A stretch of DNA of 64,000 bases from Eledone cirrhosa (Eukaryota). The number at the start of each line of letters is the position of its first letter. The stretch's first letter is position 1. The notes under the pieces were generated by a model. The model was not told the DNA's origin. It did not search any database and saw only the letters and a program-made list of their open reading frames with translations. A program made the position numbers and the translations under genes. This document shows positions 53,552 to 64,000 of the stretch, one piece after another. The DNA is taken from NCBI GenBank assembly GCA_964016885.1, contig OZ024754.1:42160001-42224000 (forward strand), given 5' to 3'.

Positions 53552-54843
53552 GTGGGTACTTGGCTCCCAGGAGAGGAATCTGAACAGTTGGGTAGGTACT
53601 TGGTTCCTAGGAGAGTTGTTGGGTGGGTACTTGTTTCCCAGGAGAGCTGTCGGGTAGGCAGTTGGCTCCCAGGAGAGGTATCTGAACAGTTGGGTGGGTA
53701 CTTGGCTCCCAGGAGAGGAATCTGAACTGTTGGGTGGGCAGTTGGTTCCTAGGATAGCCGTCGGGTAGGTAAATGTTTCCCAGGAGAGCTGTCAGGTGGG
53801 CACTTTGTTCTCAGGAGAGCTGTCAGGTGGGCACTTTGTTCTCAGGAGAGCTGTCAGGTGGGCACTTTGTTCTCAGGAGAGCTGTCAGGTGGGCACTTTG
53901 TTCTCAGGAGAGCTGTCAGGTGGGCACTTTGTTCTCAGGAGAGCTGTCAGGTGGGCACTTGGCTCCCAGGAGAGCTGTCAGGTGGGCACTTGGCTCCCAG
54001 GAGAGCTGTCAGGTGGGCACTTTGTTCTCAGGAGAGCTGTCAGGTGGGCACTTTGTTCCCAGGAGAGCTGTCAGGTGGGCACTTTGTTCTCAGGAGAGCT
54101 GTCAGGTGGGCACTTTGTTCTCAGGAGAGCTGTCAGGTGGGCACTTTGTTCTCAGGAGAGCTGTCAGGTGGGCACTTTGTTCTCAGGAGAGCTGTCAGGT
54201 GGGCACTTGGCTCCCAGGAGAGCTGTCAGGTGGGCACTTGGCTCCCAGGAGAGCTGTCAGGTGGGCACTTTGTTCTCAGGAGAGCTGTCAGGTGGGCACT
54301 TTGTTCCCAGGAGAGCTGTCAGGTGGGCACTTTGTTCTCAGGAGAGCTGTCAGGTGGGCACTTTGTTCTCAGGAGAGCTGTCAGGTGGGCACTTTGTTCT
54401 CAGGAGAGCTGTCAGGTGGGCACTTTGTTCCCAGGAGAGCTGTCAGGTGGGCACTTTGTTCTCAGGAGAGCTGTCAGGTGGGCACTTTGTTCTCAGGAGA
54501 GCTGTCAGGTGGGCACTTGGCTCCCAGGAGAGCTGTCAGGTGGGCACTTTGTTCTCAGGAGAGCTGTCAGGTGGGCACTTGGCTCCCAGGAGAGCTGTCA
54601 GGTGGGCACTTGGCTCCCAGGAGAGCTGTCAGGTGGGCACTTTGTTCTCAGGAGAGCTGTCAGGTGGGCACTTGGCTCCCAGGAGAGCTGTCAGGTGGGC
54701 ACTTTGTTCTCAGGAGAGCTGTCAGGTGGGCACTTGGCTCCCAGGAGAGCTGTCAGGTGGGCACTTGGCTCCCAGGAGAGCTGTCAGGTGGGCACTTGGC
54801 TCCCAGGAGAGCTGTCAGGTGGGCACTTTGTTCTCAGGAGAGG
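53546..54843. repeat. 31-bp minisatellite (about 34 homogeneous copies plus a degenerate left end)
   Basis: Unit caggagagctgtcaggtgggcactt(tgttct/ggctcc). Confidence 0.96.
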
Positions 54844-55096
54844 AATCTTAGTTATAAGAATCCAAACTGGGAAACAATAGTACACCCTGTGTATATCATC
54901 ATCATCATCATCATCATTTAACATCCAGTTTCCCTACTAACAAAGGTCGGATGGGTTTACATAAACCATGTTAATACTGAAGCAGGGCTACTGACATCCC
55001 AGACAGACCAAGGAGGTTTGTAACCCACTTACATGCAGTCATTATCAAGAGCAGAAGAGAAGTTGTGTCTTTTGACACAAACTGAAGGATCCTATA

Positions 55097-55642
55097 TCTA
55101 GGGCGGGTAAAATTCCCAAGATCCATGGACGAGTTCTCTCCAGCAGTCTCTCTCCCTCATTATCGCTGCCATGTCCTGCGTCTCCAACAGACCAGTGTCT
55201 GTCCTTAGGGCATCAACATACGTTAACCTTGGTCTTCCTCTTCCAGTGTGTCCATGTAGGGGCTCCCACAGGAGCACTGAGTGCAATGTCAACTCTGGAT
55301 GTCGGTGAGCATGTCCAGCTAACCTCAGTCTCCTCTGTGTCACTTTTGAGCTGACTTTTGGGAGCAAAGATTGGGCATACGGAAGATGATGTGGTTGAGA
55401 GGAAGAGCAAAGCCTAGGCGGCGTGCCACAGCTTGAGATCGGTGTGGAAGTTGGACCTTCATAAAGACCTGAAAATCCGCCTCTTCATTGCTGTAGTGGA
55501 GTCTGCTGCTGTACAGGTCTGAGACTTGGACACTGACCAAGAAACTCACTCAGATGGTGGATGGGTGCTACACGAGAATGCTGAGGATGGCTCTGAACAT
55601 TAATCAGTATACACTGAGGATGAAAAACTCAGAGCTGTATGG
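55097..55642 (-). mobile_element. RTE-clade LINE 3' fragment with 5' inversion and 13-bp TSD
   Basis: Minus 55367-55098 reads LPKVSSKVTQRRLRLAGHAHRH...LLWEP...GRGRPRLTYVD...RDCWR. Plus 55370-55645 reads IGHTEDDVVERKSKA*AACHSLRSVWK...KIRLFIAVVES/LLYRSETWTL...DGCYTRMLRMALNI...NSELYG. TSD gaaggatcctata at 55084-55096 and 55643-55655. Confidence 0.9.
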
Positions 55643-56078
55643 GAAGGATCCTATAAAACCGCAATATAGCCAACATATAAGGTTGATCAGGAATTAACTG
55701 CTACTTCAGGTTTAATCCTGTTTAGGCTGATACCATTAGTGAAGTTTGAAAAGCTTGCTATTGTTAAATAAGGTCCTTGGGGGAAACATTAGTTAATAAT
55801 AATTCAAAATGAGGAAGTAATTGAGAAAAGCTGGGATGACAAAGGAAGGAAACTGGGGTGGGTCTCTGAGAACCACTGTTTTTTGAAGCAAGTTTACTGT
55901 TAGTGTTGAAAACACCAGATGTTGGAATATCCCATGAGACATTCTTAAAAATACTTAGGAATCATCACTAGCTTCATTTTTACCATTTTTACATTCAAAC
56001 TGTTGACAAGTTGTTAAAAATACTACCAAAAATTAGAAAAGTTGAAACTATATTTCTATAGGGCTTAAGTTTACTCGT

Positions 56079-56340
56079 GGAGTTACATGGCCTAGTGGTA
56101 TGTTGGACTTATGATCATAATGTGGTGGGTTCAATTCCTGGACTGGGTTGCGTGTTGTGTTCTTGAGCAAAACTCTTTATTTCATGTTGCTCCAGTATAC
56201 TCAGCTGAAAATAAGTACCAGTAATAGCTGGGGGATTAACCCTACGATGGACTGGCGTCCTGTCCAGGGGAGAGTCTTGTACTCTCGGTCGCTTCACACT
56301 ATGGCAACTGGGATAAACACCGGCCTGATGTTCCTCCAGG
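56079..56340 (+). mobile_element. tRNA-derived SINE with CORE-like and V-like domains
   Basis: tggcctagtgg A-box, ggttcaattcc B-box, cttgagcaaaactc, then ccctacgatggactggcgtcctgtccagggg. Minus-strand relatives near 10670-10850 and 11385-11460. Confidence 0.75.
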
Positions 56341-58059
56341 TTTGAAACAGACCTGCAGGGTTAAAGTCTGTTTCAAACCCTGTAAGGATGAAAGGCAAAG
56401 CTGATGTCAGCAGGATTTGAACTCAGAACGTAAAGGGCTGTAACTCTGTGCCGCGAAGCTTAACATCCGACGCTTTATCAATAATTTCTCTAAATTCTTG
56501 CTTATTTTCAAAATGATTGTAAAATTACAGGCAGTGTCTTTCATTTGAAATGTGGTAATGCAAGGATTAAAATGTTTATATTTATCTAAAAGCTTTCCAT
56601 TATAATTTTGTACGGGGTCGATAAAATGAAGTACCAGTAATGCACTGGGTAATTGCTGGCCTTGTGCCAAAAGTAGAAACAATTATAATTTTATATAACA
56701 ACATAAGAAAGTTATCTATATAAATATTTCTGCGATTCGGTCACATGTAGAGAGAGAGGGGTAGTTTGACTGCCTCATACTACTCCTCTCTCTTTACATC
56801 TGCTGCCTGTGTGAATGTATGTGTGTGTAAAAGGAAGGAAGGAAGGAGATGGTGAAAAAAACTATGTTGTGTGTGAGTGCATGTGTGTATTTGTGTAAAT
56901 GTATGTGTGTGTTTATGTGTGAGTGTGTATTTTTGTAAGCGTGTCTGTGTTTGCAAGTTTATATTTATATACTTATTCATATAAATATACACATATGGGT
57001 CAGTGTATGGGAAAAATTCTATTTTACTAAATTTCTCTAAATTCTTCATTATTTTCAAAAATGATTGTAAAATTACAGACAATGTCTTTCATTTGAAATA
57101 TGTTTAAGTTACAAGTTATCATCACTATCTTAGTATTCTCTCTGTTAGTAGCGTTCATATCTAATAAAAACCATTATTTTACATATCTCTATTGCACTGG
57201 AAAATAGTCATGTATTGCATTTGTTGTCCTTAATATTTAGATATTGTAACAAAAATAAATAAATACATAGAAAGAAAGATTAAAAAATATTTTTAAAAAA
57301 AACCACGTTACACATTTAATATTGGGATGTTTAAAAAAGATTGAATATTTTTGAAAAATTATTGATAAAACTCTTGAGCTGTTGTACAGGCTTAGTTGAA
57401 TCGTATTGATTTATTAACTGTCCTGAAAACACCTTCACAGCAGCCTAAAAGCTACGAGAGTGGTGTGTTTATATAAATAACTGTTATATTGTATTATATA
57501 TACAAACACCTGCATATATGTATATATATATAGACACATACACACATATACAAACACACATACACACATACACACATTATGATTTTCTGTGTATACATGT
57601 GATTTTGTGCATGTATAAATATATATATATATATATCACTATTATTGTGAAGTCTTTTCTTCTCTGCTGACATGGCTTGCTCCACCATACAGCATCAGTC
57701 TTTTCAATGTTGTCCCTGAGGCTAATATTTAAGTCTCACCTCACTTTTTCTTCCTCGTTACCCCCTCCACCAATCTTTGTCTACATTAATGTTCCCCCAA
57801 CCTATTAGGTTTACCATTTATTTGGATATAAATATATTTCAGCTCTGATATGCTCATAACAGATAACATCTTTATAACCTTATCCTTCTTCCGAATTCCC
57901 CACACAAAGCTTGCAACCTCACCCTTCCTCCAAATTCCCAAGGGGTCCATATATAGCTAAACTGTAGAAACAAAGAAACACTGTATGTCACTTGGAGGAA
58001 GTTAGCTTCCATTCAAGGCTGTATAGAAATCAGAGGAAGCAGGCTTATATACATTGCAT

Positions 58060-58436
58060 AGCCTGCTAGCTCTCCTGGCCAGCAAGCTCTCCTGGCCTGC
58101 TAGCTCTCCTGACCAGCAAGCTCTCCTTGCTAACAAGCTCTCCTGGCCTGCAAGCTCTCCTGGCCAGCAAGCTCTCCTGGCCAGCAAGCTCTCCTGGCCT
58201 GCTAGCTCTCCTGACCAGCAAGCTCTCCTTGCTAACAAGCTCTCCTGGCCTGCAAGCTCTCCTGGCCAGCAAGCTCTCCTGGCCAGCAAGCTCTCCTGGC
58301 CAGCAAGCTCTCCTGGCCTGCAAGCTCTCCTGGCCTGCTAGCTCTCCTGGCCAGCAAGCTCTCCTGGCCTGCAAGCTCTCCTTGCTAACAAGCTCTCCTG
58401 GCCAAAATGCTCTCTTGGTTTATAAGCTCTCCTGCA
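58060..58436. repeat. 17/18-bp minisatellite with higher-order structure
   Basis: Unit gcaagctctcctggcc(a/t). A block of five variant units is duplicated. Confidence 0.9.
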
Positions 58437-58541
58437 AGGTCAATAAAATAAAGTACCAGCAATTCACTGGTGTTGATTTAATTAACTTTCTCCTCTAAAA
58501 TTGTTGGCCTTTGCTTAAATCAGAAACTATTATTAAGCTGG

Positions 58542-58573
<32 letters not shown>

Positions 58574-58670
58574 TCATCATCATCATCATTGTTTAATGTC
58601 CATCTTCCACGCTAGCATGGGTTAGATGGGAGCTGTCCCACTTGAGGCAAGATTGATCAGGTGACCGTTC

Positions 58671-58831
58671 ATATATGTATATGTGTGTGTATATGTATGT
58701 GTGTATATATATATGTGTATGTATTTATTATGTGTATATGTATGTATTTATGTGTGTATGTGTGTATTTATGTGTATATGTGTGTATTTATGTGTATATG
58801 TATGTATATGTGTGTATATGTAATATGTGTG

Positions 58832-58874
<43 letters not shown>

Positions 58875-59197
58875 TTATGTGTATATGTATGTATGTATTT
58901 ATGTGTATATGTATGTATGTATTTATGTGTATATGTATGTATGTATATATATATGTATATGTGTGTATGTATATGTATGTGTGTATGTATGTATTTATGT
59001 GTATATGTGTGTGTATGTATGTATGTATTTATGTGTATATGTATATGTGTGTATATATATATGTATATGTATATGTGTGTATGTATGTATTTATGTGTGT
59101 ATATGTATGTATGTATATATATATATGTATATGTGTGTATGTATGTATGTATTTATGTGTATATGTGTGTGTATGTATGTATTTATGTGTATGTATA

Positions 59198-59236
<39 letters not shown>

Positions 59237-59283
59237 GTGTATGTATGTATGTATGTATGTATGTATGTATGTATGTATGTATG

Positions 59284-59319
<36 letters not shown>

Positions 59320-59320
59320 T
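58671..59320. repeat. (TA)/(TG)/(TATG) compound microsatellite
   Basis: Direct inspection. Confidence 0.93.
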
Positions 59321-59718
59321 TGTATGTATGTGAGTGTGTCACCGTCTGCATGTTATAAGTTGTCATTCCCCTCTGTCAATTCTCTACAGTTCCCACACAA
59401 GGAAATGGTTTACTCATTGAAATATTACAAACAATACAGCCCCACACGTGTCCAAGCCGTTTATGCTATGTAAACAAGCTTTATGAACAAAATATTTCTC
59501 TCTGTAATGCTTTGTAGTATGAAGCTCCTCCCTCCCCCTACCTTTTCCTGTCTGTCATTGCTGTGCTATCACCCCACCACCACCACCGTCGCCGGTGCCC
59601 TGGTTCCTGTCCCTACTGTTGTTATGATACAACCCCTTCCTATCACTGCTGTGTTACAAACTATTCCACCACTATATATATATAGTGTGGAAGATGGATG
59701 TTAAACAATGATGATGAC

Positions 59719-59795
<77 letters not shown>

Positions 59796-59838
59796 AATAT
59801 GGTTTATAAATATAGTTTCCATTTATTAATATCATTGA

Positions 59839-59905
<67 letters not shown>

Positions 59906-60109
59906 GTTAAACAATGATGAAGATATATCGTTGTTTTGGTAATGTATGTTTGGGTTTTGCCTACCACAAATTTCAATTTGTCAAGCTATCTAAACGTAAT
60001 GTTATTACTCTTAGGACCCACCCTTATTGAGTGCTTTGCTACTCATTCCTTATTGTAGGTCAACTTTGCTTACCCATAGCCAAAGCTTCGATTTTACTAA
60101 GCTTCCACT

Positions 60110-60143
<34 letters not shown>

Positions 60144-60472
60144 TATAGATATATATATATATATAAATACAGTCCACGCTGTAATGTGGTCGTGTAGGTA
60201 ACACAGTAAAAAACTCCCAGTCCACACTGTAAATGTAGTTGGTGTTAGGAAGGGCATCCAGCCACGGAAACCCTGCCAGATATTCCTATACTAGCGAGAC
60301 ACGGTCACCCGACCAATCTTGCCTCAAATGGGACAATTCCCGTCTAACCCATGCTAGCGTGGAAGATAGACGTTAAATGATGATGATGATGATGGTATAT
60401 ATATTAATAATGGACCATGAGCAATATTTTTCACCATTTATATTTGACCTCTCATTCTTGTAGAAACACATA

Positions 60473-60543
<71 letters not shown>

Positions 60544-63500
60544 CACCAACCAATCAACGTAATGAAGGAGTAACCAATCGTCCTTGTTTTATTTTATTTC
60601 ACTATAATACACTGTCTAGCTCTACACCTCATCACTGAAGTGAACCTAAACATCGAGTGCTCACCCGGGTGAACCTACAGTAACTCCAAGTTACACTCCC
60701 TGGAGATATATATATTTATATATATATGTGTGTGTGTGTGTGTGTAGTATATATAATTAAATCAGCTGCTAGTGAGTGTAATATACGTCATTGAATTACC
60801 TACTTGTATATTATTTATTTAAATCCTTGAGAAGTTGAGGCTGAAATCTAATTTAGTTTACATTAGGATGAGAAAAAGTGGACTTTTGATACAATAAAAG
60901 ATGTTACCTAGTTGAATAACCTTTACATCAGCACCTACTTTACATTCTAACAGATATAACCAGCAATTAACAAGAAGTAGAAGAAGACTTTGATTAATCT
61001 TGAAATAGGCTTCATTCTGTTTACTTATTAAGAATGAGAGATCTTATGACATGTGTGTTGAATTTGCTTTGTCCTTTAGTGTTAAGTCAGCATTTCCAAG
61101 AAGGCTGATGTCAGTCTACCACTCTACATGTGTTAATGATTGCTAAATCTTTCATTACTATATTTCTAATGAGATACAGTTTTGAATTAGCTATTGAAAA
61201 ACTTGGAGGATTATGAGGTGTGTTGGGGTGAGGGGTTACTAAAATTATTATTTCATTATTAAGATGATATTTTTAACTTAACATAACAAATGTGAAATTA
61301 TGTTGGAAGGTTTTAATTTAAATAGTAACCCTTTAAACAATGAATGGTGCGAGGACGTATTTAATGGGGGAGGGGTAATTGCCCCAAGCCCCCTGCAGTG
61401 GGGGAGGGGGCACCAGCGAAGGCCGTAGCAATTTATTTGTGCCTTCAGCTGGGCTTTTTAGTTTTAGGATGGTTAGAATTCTTTAATTTAATACCTGTAT
61501 GTATAACTTTGATATGTAAAATGGGGGGTCTGCGTATTTTGATTTTTTTTTCTTTTTTTTTTTTTTTTGTATGAGGGGCTCCCCAAACCTGAAGTATCCC
61601 GGGCCCCTTAAGGTCTAAATCCAACCCTGGAATAGTGTTCTTTTATAGAATCAGAGGTGGTTTGTTGAGGGGCTGGTTCGTATCAAAAGGGTTTATCTGA
61701 AATGTGAGATAAAAAGCATCAGCCCACTCTCCTCCCTCTCTTCCCCCTCTCTCTCTTTCTTTCTCTCTCAGGTACTCAGGGTTAACACATTATTTGACTT
61801 TCTATAAAAAAAAATTAAAATAACAAAGGAAACTTAATGAATCTCTTCCCATGAGGCTGCTCAAGATTATTTGTCCTTTTATTTCCCTAATTAATAAACC
61901 TTAATGAGGTTTGAGACACCTACTATACTTGAAGCTGTTACTGATCAGGGAATACACCAAACATTATACAATTAAGAAAATCTATAGCTAAAGAACATTA
62001 TCTGTAAGATTTCACACTAAAAGTTTTTAAAAAATCAATAACAAAAAAGGAGTAAGTCCATAAATAAATTATAAATACCTCCCAAATTTTGGAAGGCATC
62101 TTTAACCCTTTTGACACCAACTCACCTCATAGATTCAATATTATGTGAGATGATTATGTAAGATGAAAATACAGTAGTAAATATAGAGTAAATGATAAAG
62201 GGTTATGGGTAAAATACAGCTGTTTAGAGGAAGTAAAAAGACAAATTTAAGATGGGCGGTGCTCATCATAATTTTCTGGGTGTTACATGGATGTGGGCAG
62301 CAGAGAATATAATCTGTTGGCATCAGCTTAGGGAGGCCTTCACCTTGCAGTGGATAGATAATGGTTGAAAATTGTGGTGATACGCATTACCATGTGGTGT
62401 CTATTTTGTATTTTTGGTGAAATTCAAAACCATTTAAAATGTTTAACTTCTTACTAACCTCTACAATCTGGAGAAAAACATTACTACTGCTACTATTTAT
62501 GATGTCTTTGTGCTGCAATATAAGATTTAGTTCTTTCTCGGCTTCTTTATTCTTTGCTAATTGTGGCTTTGTAGTTTATTTTACAATCTTAAATAAAAGA
62601 AACTTAAACTGTCCATTTTGTTTTCTTTATCAAATCGTGTCTCTCTGTTTAGATAGATATTATTTTGGAGAAATAAAATGAGGTATGTTTTATGTATGAT
62701 AGAAAAAACCCAACATATCTCTGTAAAGATGTAGGAGTCATAAATTGGAGCATATTTCCATTAACTTGAAGTGGAAAGTAGATGAGGAGCCTCTTTTAAG
62801 GATGTTGCCAATATATTGCAGACAATAGTCTCTGAAGCTCTGCATTGTATGCTCTTAACCAAAGTATTCTGTGATACATAGACTCAAGTGTCTTTCCTTA
62901 AAACCGCCAACAGTTCATAGGATTTCTCTTCCTGTAATTCAAAACTATTCAAATATTTTATCTCCTCAAATAGTTTTACATTGATTTGTTGTTGTTTTTT
63001 TTTCTAAGATAATCCTAGGTATGATAACCTTTGAAAATTAGATCCAGAGGTTGACATACCATACAGGCATGGTGGGCCACTGGGGTGGATAATAAATATA
63101 ACAGCTGAAAAATATATTAATGAACAATGGTAAATCTCTATAAAACATCTCTGGTTTGTGTTTTGTGTGCCTCAGATTCACTCTGTTAGCTTATTATGGT
63201 ACAGAATCTATTTCAGTTTCGTCCAGGCAACTAATCTTTCCGCGCGCGCGCACACACGCACAGACAGTTTATTCAGAACCATTCCTGGCTTGGTTTCTAC
63301 AACTGGATGCCCTTCTAACCACATTTAGAGTACAATGTAAGTTAGAAATAAAGGAGTGAAAAGAAATAAAACAGCATTGGAGACTTTTACCTTATATTTT
63401 ACAATATTTTGGTGTTAAACCCCCCTTTTCAAAAGAACTATAAAATGGAATGTAATGATGGTGGTGAGCTGAAATCTGAGGTTGGAGGAGGGGTGGTAAC

Positions 63501-64000
63501 ATGAGCCAATCAACTTAATGCAATTCATGTTTGCTGTTAAGAAAAGACCTTAATCTATTGATGAGAATTGTCAATAATGTACTGTTATTGATTATATTGA
63601 ATATAATCCATCATTTTGAAGGTTGACCTTGTACTTGTTTAGATGAGATTGTGTATACACTGTGTATGTGTGTATTTGTGTCCATGTATACACTGCGTCT
63701 GTGTGTATTTGTGTCCATGTATACACTGTGTGTGTGTGTGTATACATTGTGTGTGTTTTTGTGTGTATACACTGTATGTGTATATTGTGTGTGTGTGAAA
63801 GGCAGAGAAGGAAAGGAAAAGTTGTTTTCCATAAACATCTGCCTATTTGATTGAAAGTCTTTCCAAAATTTCAGACAAAAACTCAAATATGGCCATGATT
63901 TTTGAATGACTATAAAAGAAAAAAATATTTCTTTTGTAATCCTTCCCTGTAACTATCCAGAAATGGAATTAAAACAAGATTACATTTTCATAACAATTTA

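Noticed and set aside
53773-54921. ORFs of 340-382 aa in three frames
   Set aside because: They are artefacts of a stop-free 31-bp satellite.
59390-59680. Possible next Ena exon after ctctacAG
   Set aside because: No recognisable Ena similarity, no strong donor, and the phase-1 frame stops near 59518.
61350-61630. GC-rich DNA-transposon-like block
   Set aside because: The ends are too degenerate to define TIRs or a TSD by eye.
61730-61785. Recursive splice site (long pyrimidine tract plus CAG|GT)
   Set aside because: The tract is a CT microsatellite and the regenerated donor GTACTC is weak.

Overview
This is AT-rich, repeat-dense eukaryotic DNA, most likely an Octopus-type coleoid cephalopod (inferred from the (CAT)n-tailed SINEs and microsatellite density). 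The only well-supported coding sequence is two 166-nt plus-strand exons (31506-31671 and 47338-47503). They splice in frame to encode the EVH1 domain of an Ena/VASP (enabled) protein. Exon 1 and the downstream constitutive exons were not located, so most of the window appears intronic. The rest consists of tRNA-derived SINEs (Nin-, CORE/Meta- and CORE/V-domain types), piggyBac-like and hAT-like MITEs, LINE fragments and more than 20 micro/minisatellites, including a 7.1-kb 32/33-bp array. Almost all long ORFs in the track are repeat artefacts. The most notable observations are: satellites that copy splice-site regions of the gene; one SINE segment that seeded three separate minisatellites; a 5'-inverted RTE LINE with a target-site duplication (TSD); an L1/Tx1-like LINE whose tail matches its microsatellite target; a Penelope-type minimal hammerhead motif; a perfect 119-bp palindrome; and candidate micro-exons. 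I see no evidence of a prokaryotic-type system such as CRISPR. Repeat boundaries and copy numbers were read by eye and are approximate.
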